From: Mobula hypostoma
Taxonomy: Eukaryota
NCBI RefSeq assembly: GCF_963921235.1
Contig: NC_086107.1
Coordinates: 97,218,001-97,282,000 of the forward strand
Direction: 5' to 3'
Length of the DNA stretch: 64,000 bases
A program made the position numbers and the translations under genes. The notes below the pieces were generated by a model. It was not told the DNA's origin. It did no database searches and was given only the letters and a program-made list of their open reading frames with translations. Position 1 is the stretch's first letter, and each line of letters starts with the position of its first letter. Shown piece after piece: positions 13,561 through 26,045 of the stretch.

Positions 13561-14194
13561 CTCGCAGCCACCGTGGACATAACTGTGCTGGATTGCCTCC
13601 ACTTCCATAATAAGCGAGGACATCAGTAAATCAGTTGCGAACAGTTTCAAACTCCTGGGAGTGCTCATCTCGCACAACCTCTCATGGTCCCAGGACACAG
13701 CCTGCACAGTCAGGATAGCTCACCAACGCCTCTACTTTCAACAGAGGCTGAAGAGAGCTGGACTTTGCACATCTATGCTCACATCATTCTACAGATGCGC
13801 AGTAGAGAGCATCCTAACAAGCTGCATCACTGCCTGGTACAGAAAATGCCCTGCGGCGGGCAGGAAGGCTCCCCAACGGGTAGTCAAAACTGTCCAGCGC
13901 ATCACTGGCACCAGCCTACCCGCCATCACGCCATCTATGTATATACAGAAAGGTGCCAGAAAAGGGCCAGTAACATCACAAAGGATCCCACCCACCCTAC
14001 TCATGGACTGCTCGTCCCACTCCCATCAGAGAGTGTCTGCGCCAGGACCACCAGACTCAAAAACAATTACTTTCCCCAAGCAGTAAGTCTGATCAACACC
14101 TCCACCCACTAACCCACTCCTCCACACCCACCACCACCCCTACCTTATCATTTCCTGTCAGCCAGCTTACGTACAGACACTCCTGTACCTAGCA

Positions 14195-14289
14195 ACACAC
14201 ATGAAATGCTGGAGGAGCTCAGCAGCGAAACCCCAACAGCCACCATGCTTGGATTTCCAGCATCTGCATTTTCTCTTGTTTGTGTTTGA
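14195..14289. mobile_element. Miniature Penelope pseudo-LTR insertion
   Basis: 16-bp TSD ACTCCTGTACCTAGCA at 14179-14194 and 14290-14305; ends match the pLTR tail in opposite orientations. Confidence 0.8.
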
Positions 14290-14455
14290 ACTCCTGTACC
14301 TAGCATCATTTTATTGATGTACAATCAATCTCAATCTCATGTATTTATATTTATTATGTTTTTATTATTATTCTGTCCTTTATCTTATTGTATTTTTTTG
14401 GGCTGCATCGGATCTCGAGTAACAATAATTTTGTTACCCTTTATACTTGTGTGTA

Positions 14456-14673
14456 GCCGGCTGGTGGTGTAGTGGCATCAGCGCCGGACTTCGGAGCGAA
14501 GGCTCTCGAGTTCGAATCCAGCCGGCCCCCCCGCACGCTTTCCATCCGTGCTGGGTTGAGCTTCGAGCTAGCAACTTGGCCTCGTAAAAATAAGAAAGCC
14601 TGCTTAAAAAAAAGACGCTGTCATGACGGCGTCCCGATGACTCCACTCGGAGTTAAGGGCTTTCTTCTTATTA
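14456..14673 (+). mobile_element. tRNA-head SINE (family X, tail type 1)
   Basis: A box TGGTGTAGTGG, B box GTTCGAATCC; TSD-like TTATACTTGTGT(GT)A at 14441-14455 and 14674-14686. Confidence 0.9.
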
Positions 14674-16042
14674 TTATACTTGTGTAGTGAAAATAACATT
14701 AAACAATTTTTTGGCTCTTGAATCTTTTACAGAACGCAAGTTTTGTTGAGACTAACTCCAGTTTTATTCAACCACACAAATTTAAATTCCGTAGCTGCCT
14801 TTGTGGGATTTGAACTAACATGTCTTGCTCAATGGTCTACAGCTCCGACTGCTTGTTCAGTAAGTTAACCATGTCACCATTGAGCTCTGGGCTTCATGTT
14901 GGTGCCTCACATCCATTCCTTGTGTCGAGGATTTTACAGAGACTTCCTTTGTGCTGTTCACATCTAGCACTGTAACTTTACTGGAAGAGTGGTGACAAGT
15001 CAGACTGCAAGCACGAGGCAACCTCACCGTGGTCAGAGTATTCCAAGTTGCTTTATGGTGCAGTGATCAACAGGAGTTCGACACCAGGCCTGAGAAGCTG
15101 GCAATAAGATGACCTGCCTGAAATAAATGGCAGTTCAAAGGAAAACTGGATAAATAGTCAGGAAGATTGTGCAGAGAAGGGTGTCGAACAGGAAGCTCTG
15201 TCAAGGAGCTTGCACAGGTACAATGGGCTGAATGGCCTGCGATTCTAGGCTTCTAGTGGGACATGGCAGGCTGCAATGCAAGCTCTTTCAGGGTACAGGG
15301 AGTACCTGGAGTAGAATCAGTTCTGTGATTAAAACTTAACCCTCGTCACTTCTTGTTACAAGTGAGCTGCATTCTTTTCCCAGTCAGGACTTTGGGAGTT
15401 AACAGCCAAGACTTTGCAGCCACCTCAAGCCTCCTGAACAGCAGAGAGGAGAAATCAGATGGGGTTATTTTCCCCGCTCACAATCCTGTGGTTCAAACTG
15501 AAGCCGCCACAACGTCTTCCTCTGTTCCCATGGATTGCATGATCCACCCTGAGCTGTTGTCCTGGGATTTGCACAATCTGCTTCATTGTCATAGATTTGT
15601 ATAGAACCTGGAACAGGCCCTTCAGCCCCTCATGATTGTGCTGACCATGATGCCACTCTAACTAATCCATCTGCCTGCATATCCCTCCATTCCCTGCCTC
15701 TTCATGGGCCTGTCAAAATGCCTTTAAGATATTGCTATCATATCTACTTTCACCACTTCCCCTGAGACCATCTTCTAAGCACTTAGCACTCGCTGTTTCA
15801 AAAAGAACTTGACCCGTACAACTCCTTTAAACTTTCCTTCTCTCACCTTAAACCTGTGCCCTCTCATATTTGGTATCTCCACTCTGGGGAAGAGAAAAAA
15901 GACTCTGTACACCTCCTAATTTTATAAACTTACATCAGGTTCACTCTTCAACCTCTGATACTCCAGAGAAGGTGATCCAAATTTGTCCAGCTAATCTGCA
16001 ATCCAGGCAACATGCTGGTGAACTTCTTTAAAGCCTCTACAT

Positions 16043-16122
16043 CAGGGGTTCCCAACCTGGGGTCCATGAACCCCTAGCTTAATGGTATTGGTCCATGGCA
16101 TAAAAAGGGTTGGGAAAACCTG
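16043..16122. mobile_element. 80-bp hAT MITE, second copy, opposite orientation
   Basis: CAGGGGTTCCCAACC...GGTTGGGAAAACCTG; degenerate 8-bp flanks CTCTACAT/CCTTATAT. Confidence 0.75.
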
Positions 16123-16169
16123 CCTTATATGGTAGATGACCAGAAATGCACACAATACTCCAGCTGTAA

Positions 16170-16485
16170 GCAACACACATAAAAGTTGCTGGTGAATGCA
16201 GCAGGCATTTTATATATATAAAATAAATAAATAACGGATGGGGTACGAGGGGGAAGTGGGGCATTAACAGAAGTTAGAGAAGTCAATGTTCATGCCATCA
16301 GGTTGGAGGCTACCCAGACGGACTATAAGGTGTTGTTCCTCCAACCTGACGAAGGGTCTTGGCCCGAAACGTCGACTGTACCTCTTCCTAGAGATGCTGC
16401 TTGGCCTGCTGCATTCACCAGCAACTTTGATGTGTGTTGCTTGAAATTCCAGCATCTGCAGATTTCCTCGTGTTTGCATTTTTAA
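16170..16485. mobile_element. Penelope-like element fragment with inverted pseudo-LTR
   Basis: Minus strand RLEEQHLIVRLGSLQPDGMNIDFSNF (GIY-YIG C-terminus); ~39-bp inverted repeat; 13-bp TSD ACTCCAGCTGTAA at 16157-16169 and 16486-16498. Confidence 0.88.
16346..16376 (+). ncRNA. Minimal type I hammerhead ribozyme motif (core intact, 5' strand of stem I replaced by a junction)
   Basis: CTGACGA-AGGGTCTTGGCCC-GAAACGTC-GAC. Confidence 0.65.
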
Positions 16486-17769
16486 ACTCCAGCTGTAATG
16501 TGTCTTGCTGACTTTCATACTCAGTCCCCCAAACAATTGAGACAAATAATAAATACTTCTTTACCAGCTGTGTTGCCACTTTCAGGGAGCTGCGGACTGG
16601 TACCTCAAGATCTCTGCGTACACATCGGTTCTGTTAAGAGTCCAACCATTTATGCTTTCTTCTTGCATCTGATCACCCAAATTCCCCTTGCTTTTGTCTG
16701 GATTAATCTCTACCTGCCATTTCTCTGCTCATTTCTAAAAAGTAAGTTCAAAGTAACATTTATTATCAGAGTACAGACATGTCACCACATACAACCGTGA
16801 GATTTGTTTTCCTGTGGCCAAACTTAGCAAATCTATAGAACAGTAACTGTAAACATGATCAGTGAACAACAACCTGTGCAAATGCAAGTGTAAATAAATA
16901 GCAATAAATAACAAGAGCATGAAATAACAAAATAAAGAGTCCTTAAAGTAAGACTATTGGTTGTGGGAACACCAGGAATATAATGATTGTAGTTACCCCC
17001 TTTTGTTCCGGAGCCTGATGGTTGAGGGGTAGTAACTGTTCCTGAACCTGGTGGTGTGAGTCCTGAGGCTCCTGTACCTGCAGTGTATCGCTGTTGTATC
17101 CTTGAACATCTTTCCCCACTATCCACAGCTCCACCAATTTTCATGTCATCTACAAACTTACTAATCAGACCACCCACATTTTCATCTGAATCATTAAAAT
17201 GATTCATCTGAATCAAAAATAACATAAGTCCTCGAGCATCATTGCAGAACACTGCTAGTCATGGACCTCCAGTGAGATAAAACTCCTTTCCAACACTGCC
17301 TCTGTCTCCTGAGGCCAGGACAGTTCTGTATCTATCTTACCAACTCACCATCTGGTTTAATTTTCAAGATTCAAAGTACATTTATTATCAAAGAATGTAG
17401 AAATTATACAACCTTAAGATTTGTCTGCTTGTAGGCAACCACAAAGCAAGAAACCCAGAAGAGCCCAATTTTAAAAAAGACCAACATCCGACACCAAAAA
17501 AAAAACACCAATCGTGCAAACAATAGAAGCAAGCAATGGCAGCAGCATTCCGAACCAAATTGAGTTTATAGACCAGAATCTCAGGAGTAGTTCATCAGTT
17601 CACTGGTCTCAGTTCATCATACCCGTGGCCGCAAAGCTCGCAGACGTGAAGCACAGCAGCCAGGGGCAGTCTCACAACCTCAGCATCAGGGAGAGAAGAG
17701 TGAACATCACAGGAGAGTGAGCGAAATCGGCCCAACTCTCACACCCAGTCCCAACAATAGGTTTCAACA

Positions 17770-18490
17770 GGTACATTTAATGTCAGGGAAATGTATACAA
17801 TATACATCCTGACGTTCTTTGTCTTTGCAAACATCCACTAAAACAGAGGAGTGCCCCAAGGAATAGATTACAGTTGAATGTTAGAACCCCAAAGCCCCCC
17901 CAGCTCCCTCCTCCCACACACAAGCAGCAGCAAAACAATGCCTTCCCCCTCCCCCACCAGCAAAAAAGCATCTTCACCCCTACTGAGCACTCAAGCGTGC
18001 AGCAAAGCATCAGTAAAGACACAGACTTGCAGTACCCCAAAGACTACTCGCTCACCTGGTAATAAGGGAGAAAGCGATGTCTCCGTTTCACAGCGAGAGG
18101 GGAGATATAACAAAACAAGTCGCTGATTTATGTTGTTAAAAGTCTGTTGCGTCACTCTTTCTGAGCTCTGTGCCCAAAGAACTTGGGTCTCCGGGCACTC
18201 AGGCAGTAGCCAGCTTGCTGCCTTCGAGCTTCCGTGTCCTCCCACGACACATCAGGCGGCAGCACCGGCCTCGAATCCGCCCGCCTCCAGAGCCACGGAA
18301 ATCCGGCATCCTGAAGGCGCGCTCACCTTCCAGGCCGTATCCCTGGCATATCGAAAAGCGGCTGGTCGTGAGGCCCTGAGAACGGGTCCCCTTTCCACGA
18401 AGAACCGAAGTCAGCACATAACTCCAGTCAGGGTCTTCAAAAGAACCCTGAAAAGGAAATAAAAGAGATATTAAAGATAGAAATAGAAAG
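17770..18490 (-). mobile_element. Non-coding dispersed retroposon (family of 28190-29025)
   Basis: Reverse complement closely parallels 28260-29025. Confidence 0.75.
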
Positions 18491-19500
18491 AAACACCCTG
18501 CCTTTCCATTCTATCTGAGCCGGCATTTAAATTGTCCAAACAGCAGATCTGAACCAACATTTACCCTTGTTGACAGTGATGACTATCTACACTATATATA
18601 AATACATTTTTTTTCTTGTGACTGTATATCTTTCTGCTACCACAACTCTATGTACTGTGTGTGACTGATGGGTCTGTGTTTAGCACCTTGGCCCGGGAGT
18701 AATGCTGTGTCATTGGCTGTATTCATGTGCATGGTTGAGTGATAATATTGGAACTTGAATTTAATCCCACTTGCCCTCATTAAGCTGATATTTATCCTTT
18801 CCAAGTAGCTGTCCAGATGTCTTCTCAACATTGTAATTATTTAAAGGATAACAGAACATTTCATTGTTGCCCTGAGGTCTGAGCGATCCAGTTCATGGAG
18901 AAAGGGTGCCCATCCCCTCTGCCCATTGTCCTGTGGGTGGGACGGTCCACCGTAGGGTTGGAGGATGATTACGCTGACCATGCACTGATGCAGTTACTGT
19001 ATGGTTAACGAACAGACCCATTCTCTTCCCGTTGTCCTGGCTCATGGTTACGGAGTACGCAACACCCGCCTCCTGTTACCCTGGGGATCTGCGTACTGCC
19101 CCTCACATTTCGAAGGTAAAGACACTCTCCGCCTGTGGCCCTGAACTCTGCATGGACCGCCTTGCGGTTGAAAGATAATCGTTGCGCCCCACGCGGTTAG
19201 AGTTACTGTATTCACTGATGAACTGGGATCTGTACAATCTGCCTGTTGAATCACTTCCTTCACACATTGTGCTGGGGTGTCCAATTAAATAACTGTGCAC
19301 TCCATCTGTTGTCCTGCTATCTGCACTTCGTGGCTAAAGGAGAACTGTACCCACTGTTCTGGGGTGCACGGAGTCAACAGAATATTCACATTTTCTTATG
19401 CCATAACGGAGGCCATCACCTCTGTGTCAGATCAGTGCTCCGAGAATATTCTTGCTCATCCATCCCTCATTAGTTTTCCTGTACCTTACTCTCTCACGTT

Positions 19501-19735
19501 CATAGAGTCATAGAAAAGTACAGCACAAAACAGGCTATTCAGCCCATCTAGTCCATGCAAACCATTTAAACTGCGTACTTCCATCGGCCTGCACTGGGAC
19601 CATAGCCCTCTGTACCCCTCCCATCCATGTACCTAATCAAGCTTCTCTTAAACGTTGAAATCGAGCTCGCATGCAGCACTTGTGCTGTCACGTCGTCCCA
19701 CACTCTCTGGACCCTCTGACTGAAGGTTTCCCTTC
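19501..19735 (-). mobile_element. CR1 3' end
   Basis: FSQRV..VW...TFKR.L.RYMDGRG.EGYG and CR1 tail. Confidence 0.8.
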
Positions 19736-21206
19736 TCGTGAGACAAACTAGGTGAAGTGAAGAAGCCTCAGGAAATATGAACCAAGTGCCAGCCACCACG
19801 GGCACACGGTTCGGTCAGTACCCCGTAATCAACCTGCCTCCTGTTCACCCTCTTCTTCCACTACCGTGGCTCGCTCCAGCTGCAGTGATACCTGGCTTCG
19901 TGTCTTCTGCAAAGCTTCAGTTCTGAATGCTATTTGTTTATTTTTATTGTTTGCTCAATTTGTTTTTTTTTCTCTCTGCACATTGGGTGTTTGATGGTCT
20001 TTTTCTTAAGGGGTTCTTGTTTTGTGGCTGCCTGCATAGAGACGAATCTCAAGATTGTATATAGTATACATACTTTGATCATAAGTATCCCTTGACCTTT
20101 GAACTTATTGACCTACAGGCCGAAGACAGCGAGAACTGCGTTGCCCACTCCATATTTAGCAGCCAGGGCCTGTCCACTGAGCATTTTTATGGAAAGAATT
20201 GTTTGATGATTCTGGCTGATATCTGAACTACCTTTCCTCTGTGCCTTTTGAATCAAAGCCTTTGAAGGTGGGGCACAGCAGGAAGCAGTAAGAAAGAGGA
20301 GAACAAGCAAATGCAGCACGTGTTGCCATTGAGAATTGGCAAAGGCAGAGTGAAGAGCCTGGCCTCTGGCAACCTAGCCTTGTTCCACGCCAGCCCCTTC
20401 CATCACACATTCCTCCCTTTCCAAAATCTCAACCTTCCTCTACAACGTCCTCATGTTAGTCTTTTCCCTTAGCCCAACACAGCCTGGACCCCAATCCTTT
20501 CTTCCCACAGCCTTCCAAGAAGTCCCTGCACCCTCTTTGCTTTACTCCGCCCTTGCCAATCCAACCTCCAGAGCAACTCAGACACTCTCTTCCTTTCCCA
20601 CAACCTCACAAACAAACCCTCAGCATTTTTCCCTGCCCCACCTCTCACATCCCCTCTCAACTCAACCTTTCAAGAACACCCCTACCATCCACACCTCCTG
20701 TATTCCTGACCTCTTACCTTCCCACATCTAAACTCTGCTACATCTAAACTCATTGCCAACTGTTGGAATGTTTTCAACCCTCTGGTCATTCCCCTCCAAG
20801 TACATAGGTTTAAGGCTGTAGGAGTGTGTGTGCGGGGGGTGGGTGGTAAATGGAGGTGAGGAGAGGCTGGATGCCGTGGTGGGATTGATGTGGAATGGGA
20901 CGCTCGGCTTCAGGAATAAGTGTCAGAAGGGAGTAAGAAAGGGCAGGGCATCATCTGAGTATGTTTCCAAGAGTCATACTGAGTCAAGGAGAGAGTCCAG
21001 AGGAGTTTCATGGGAAAGATTCCAGGAATGAAAGGGTTAAGATACGAGGAGCATTTGGTGGCTCTGAGCCTGGACTTGCTGGAGTTTAGATAAGGGCTGA
21101 GGTGGCCGTAGGAGGAATGAGAGAGATGGGATAGGTTGATGTTAATTCAGCATTGATTTAGAGACCATCTGTAGAATGGTCTGATGTGTGAGTAGCAGGG
21201 TCCCCA

Positions 21207-21615
21207 CTGGAGTTCAGAAAAATGAGGAGGGATCTCATTGAAACCTACCAAATATTGAAAAGTCTGCATGGGGTGAATGTGCAAAGGATGTTTCCAACAG
21301 TGGGAAAGTCTAGGACCAGAGAGCACAGCCTCAGAATAGAAGGACGCCCTTTTAAAATAGAATGAGGAGAAATTTCTAATCAGAATGTGGTGAATCTGTG
21401 GAATCTATTGCCGCAGACATCTGTGAAGGCCAGGCCATTGGGTATATTTAAAACAGAGGTTGATTGGTACTTAATTAGCAAGTGTGTCAAAGGTTACGGG
21501 GAGAAGGCCGGAGAGTGGGGATTGAGAGGCAAAATAAATCAGCCACGATCAAATGGTGAAGCAGAGTTGATGGGCCGAATGGTCTAATTTTGTACCTATG
21601 TCTCATGGTCTTATA
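21207..21615 (+). mobile_element. 5'-truncated CR1
   Basis: LEFRKMRRDLIETYQILK...VNLWNLLP. Confidence 0.88.
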
Positions 21616-22730
21616 GTCACCCCAGGCACAGCAGATCAAACTGCCTCCTCTGGTGCGGCGTGGTGCCCACTGCCGTCGTACATACTCACCCTGGCTGCTG
21701 AGCACGTGCTCTGCCTCAGGGAGTGCTCCTTGCCCCACGGCTGGCTTTGCCGAGGACTAAACAGCAGCAGCCGATTGCCAGGGCCGAGGCCACTGCTGGG
21801 CCAGCAGGAGGCCACCGAGAGCAGGCGTCCGCCGGTCACGGTTCTCCTGCGAGCGGCTCTTTGACTCCAGCAAGTCCAGCCAGCACCTCTTACACAGAGT
21901 GACAGAGATCTAACCGGTCCCATCCCCCAGCCAGGCATCCAATACAACTCGATGCTCTCCCTGCCAAGGACAGATGGAAAACCTTTAGGTGTCAATGGCC
22001 TACTTTCTGTTGCTACTCAGACGAAGATTATTTTTATCTTCTCCAAGCCAAAAGGGAAAATCTCTTTAGCAAAGCGTGAAAATATTTTCCCTTCACGATT
22101 AAATATTTCTTCTCCAGTGGGACTGGGGGCCCTTCCCCCATCCTCATCCCTCGCTGTCAGATCGTCAGCCTCTCACTCTTGGTGGTGGTGGGGGGGGCGC
22201 AGAGTTGAAAGCCCTCCCTCAGGCAATCAGCAACAATCAGCGCTCGTTCCCTCTCTAATCCCTGACACGGGTTCAGGGGCTGTAAACTGACATTGTTAGC
22301 CCAGCTACATCCAGGCAGGGAAGGAGAGGTGAGGTCTGGACCATGTGGGGTGGGAGAGAGGAGTAGGAGTGAAGGGACAGGGAATAGTGAGTGGGTAGGC
22401 AGTGGGAAGTGACAATGAGGGAAGAAGGCTTTGGATCTGAGTGTGACAGGGGCCATTTGAAGAAGGTGAACAGGGCCAGGGCTGGAGTTGTGAAAGTAGG
22501 TGCTGGAAAACAAGGGTTGCGCCCTGAGTGTGCGGAGACATAGGGGTGGTTGAAGGAGGTGGGGAATTTGGAGGGAAAGGGTGGGGGAGGTTAAGGAGAG
22601 GTGACCGGAGAGGGAGGGAAGTGGTGAAATGTGAGGAGATGAGGGCTGTGAGTGTGGGAGGAATGAGAATTAATTCAGTATTGATTTAGAGACCTTCTGT
22701 ATGTCTGATGTGTGAGTAGCAGGGTCCCCA

Positions 22731-23650
22731 TTGGAGTTTAGAAGAATAAGGAGGGATCTCATTGAAACCTTTGTGTGTTCATCCATCATCGACGTCGATG
22801 ACGACCTTGACACCATTATGATGGTGTTGAGACTAGTGCGTGAATTGGATTTAAGTGAGGGAGAGTTGCGTAGTGTCAGCCTCACTCTCTCTTCCCAATT
22901 CCCATCTGGATCCAGTGGCAAGACAGAGTAGGCGCAGTGGATGACCAGGACGTCTTCTGTGTCTTGTCCTGCTCTACACATTCCATGACGCTTGCAGAGA
23001 CCACCTTCTTGACCGTTGGGCCTTCCATTGGTCTCGTCTGCTCAATCCGCCGGAGTCTGTCTTCATGTGCTGGGATAGACAACTCCCTATCTCACGGAGG
23101 GCTTGAGACCCGTCGGCTACCCTCACCTGATTTAGCCGGCTTGTCGAAGCTGTTGTCCGGGGTGTGGCCGCTGTCACGTGCAAACAGCTACGGAGAGCCA
23201 CAGGTGAGAGCTGAGTGCCAGGTGGGGACCAAAGGTGGACAAACCGCAATGAAAAGGATGTGACATGTTCCCCCACCAGAGGTGCTACCTACCATTGAAA
23301 CCTACCAGATATTGAAAGGTCTATATAGGGTGAATGTGCAGAGGATGTTTCCGACCGTGGGAGATTCTAGGACCAGAGGGCACAGCCTCAGAATAGAAGG
23401 ACGTCCCTTTAAGATAGAATTGAGGAGAAATTTTTACAGTCAGAGTCTGGCGAATCTGTGGAATTCATTGCCACAGACATCTGTGAAGGCCAAGTCATTT
23501 GGGTATTTTAAAAATGGAGATTGATAAGCACTTAATTAGCAGGGGTGTCAAAGGTTACAGGGAGAAGGCAGGAGAATGGGGTTGAAAGGGAAAATAAATC
23601 AGCCCATGGTTGAATGGTGAAGGAGTTTTGATGGGCCGAATGGCCTAATT
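22731..23650 (+). mobile_element. 5'-truncated CR1, duplicate of 21207-21615, split by an insertion
   Basis: Same 5' junction and flank as the 21207 copy. Confidence 0.88.
22771..23292 (-). mobile_element. 522-bp non-autonomous RTE-derived (bipartite) retroposon
   Basis: Perfect 11-bp TSD CATTGAAACCT at 22760-22770 and 23293-23303; hairpin-rich 3' end with GAACACACAA tail; RTE assignment from recalled motifs. Confidence 0.75.
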
Positions 23651-24139
23651 AAGGCCTAGTGAAGAAGGTGGGGAATTTGGGAGGGAGGGTGTGGAGAGGG
23701 TGGGGAGGCTAAGGAGAGGTCACCAGGGAGGGAGGAAGTGTTGAAGTGTGAGGAGATGAGGACTGTGAGTGCGGGAGGAATGAGACAGGATAGGTTGATG
23801 TTAATTCAGTATTGATCTATAGGGCTTCTGTAGAATGGCCACAAGTACATCTGATGTGTGAGTAGCAGGGTTCCCAGTGAATGGTACACAGCGCAGTGGA
23901 AAGTTTTCAGCATCCTCCTTTGCTGCACACTGGATCAAAGGAGAAAGAGTGGGGACTGGCTTCTCAAGTCTCAGGGCTGCTCATTTCTCCCAGCATCATA
24001 TTCCTGCTCTCTCCCACGCTGTCATACTTCCTTACGATGTGGAAGAGGGTGATTTGCCCCATCAATCCTATTCCTATTTCTATGTACCCCTTTTTCCCTC
24101 ACATCCCCATCAACTCCAACGGATTCTTCTACCGCTAGG

Positions 24140-24295
24140 GATAAATTACAAAGGTCAGTGAACCCATTAACCTGCAAGTCTTTTGGAATGTAAGAGGAAA
24201 TCCATGCAGTCACAGGGAGAGCCTGCAAACTCCACACAGACAGCATTTCTAGTCAGAATGGAACGTGGGTGACTGGAGGCTGCTCAGTCACGGTG
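24140..24295 (-). mobile_element. V-domain SINE fragment
   Basis: GCAGTCACAGGGAGA..TGCAAACTCCACACAGAC. Confidence 0.7.
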
Positions 24296-25734
24296 GCCGC
24301 TGTGTTTCATGGTGAGCTATAGCCTTTCAAGTCTTCTGCAACTAGAAATGAATCTATTTAGTAACTTGGCCATCAAAGCCTCCTTTGATAGAAATTTTCC
24401 CATGGTTACAACTCTCTGAGTGAAGAAATTGCTTCTCTCCGCAAAATAACATCTCCTGCCCTGTAACCTGAAACTGACCCTCAGTCAGTGGGTTGGTTCC
24501 ACAGTTCTTTGTTTTGTGACTGTCTGTGGGGGAGACAGAACTCAGGGTTGAATACTGCATACAAACTTTGGTAATAAATGTACTTTGTATCTGCTGAGAC
24601 CTGTCTGCATCTTGTCAGTTTCAGTTCACTCCAGTATTCTAAACTTGAGTGAACACAAACTAATCTCCCTGCGTGGGGCAGTTCCACAGTGGTAAAACTT
24701 TGTACTGCCACCTCTGTGGTGGCTGGTGAGGAGACCGATGGTAAGGCAGGCAATTCTCCAAGGATGGTCTCATCAGAGGCCAGTATGATTGTAGCAAGAC
24801 ATCCTTGGAGACAGAAGGGTAAAGTGGAACTGCGGGATAGGAGCGCTGAAGGATGGAGTGAAATAAAAACAGAAACAGCCAGGAATACTTAGCAGATCAG
24901 GACGTACCTGTGGGAAGAGAAACAAAGTTCAGGTCAAAGGTTCTTTCAAAATTGAGAGGAGGAATAAAAAGCTCATTACAGTTTAGGGAGGGCAGAGGAG
25001 GCGGATATCCCTGATTGAGTAAATCAAGGGTTACCTGGTCAATGAGTGAATGGGACCAGTTAGAGAATGAGAATACAGACTGAAGAACGTGGGAGCTGTA
25101 AAGCACAGAGCAGGAAGATGTGAGTTTGATCTTCATTACAGAGAGAGAGGCTTGCTTCTGAACTCAAATCCATTTGTGATGAAAGGCAGTGTATGTGATC
25201 TCAGGGTGACTGGTGCTGAGTCTTGGCACCCAGAGGTGGGAGAGAGACATTGCTCAGAGAGCAGTAAAGTGGCAAACCTTTTGTCACATTTAGGATGTTC
25301 CGGGCGCATTCAGTGACTTCTTTCTGTAGTGTGCTGACTGCCAACCAGAGGGAATCGTGGCAGCCAACATGTACATAGCAATCTCCCACAACACAGTAAG
25401 GTCCAGATCTTTCATTCCAGTTGCATTTAAGCAGATACAGTGCCTATCTTGTATCCGTTCAGGAGTGCAGTTGGGAACAGTTTAACGTCTGGACTCAGCA
25501 GAGTTTTCTCAGCACTGGTCAGAGTTCAAATTAAATTTATTATCGAAGTACATATATGTCACCTTATACAACCCTGAGACTCACTTTCCTGCGGACATAC
25601 TCAAAAGAATAATAACCATTACAGAATCAATGAAAGACTGCGCCTACTTGGGCGTTCAACCAACGTGCAAAAGACATCAAACTGTGCAAATGCAAAAAGA
25701 AAGAAATAATAATAATAAATAAATAATCAATATA

Positions 25735-26045
25735 GGGCCGGCTGGTGGCGCAACGACATCGGCGCCGGACTCAGGAGCGGAGGTTTCTAGGTTCAAAACT
25801 AGTCGGGTCCGCTCCCGAGTACGCTTTCCATCCGTGCCGGGCTGAGTGTCGAGATTGCAACTCGACCTCGTAAAGTAAAGGGAAAATACTGTGAAAATGT
25901 CTGTGTGAGGAGTGAGCCACACAGTCTCTCTCTCGCTCTGCGCCTTGTAAAAGCCATGAAAAAGACATCATCACGGACACATACATGGACACACAGACAC
26001 ACATGCACAGACGCGCATGCACACAGGCACACGCCAAAAAAAAAG
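25735..26045 (+). mobile_element. tRNA-head SINE (family X, tail type 2, poly-A)
   Basis: Same head and core as 14456; TSD CAATATA at 25728-25734 and 26046-26052. Confidence 0.88.

Larger units (their letters stand above)
13636..14700 (+). mobile_element. Rex1/Babar LINE 3' fragment hosting two younger insertions
   Basis: AHQRLYFQQRLKRAGL...FYRCAVESILTSCITAWY; interrupted at 14195 and 14456. Confidence 0.85.
15590..16740 (-). mobile_element. Old CR1 fragment hosting a MITE and a Penelope insertion; further piece at about 17085-17345
   Basis: CR1 3' motifs on the minus strand; ISKFVDDMKIGG motif in the 17085-17345 piece. Confidence 0.7.

Noticed and set aside
14456..14530. Possible tRNA gene
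   Set aside because: A/B boxes continue into a SINE body flanked by a TSD; related copies elsewhere in the window
18950..19300. CpG-richer unique segment with short ORFs
   Set aside because: No recognisable protein motif or convincing splice pair
23200..23292. HDV-like ribozyme at the 5' end of the RTE derivative
   Set aside because: Only a simple hairpin is visible; I could not build the double pseudoknot by eye
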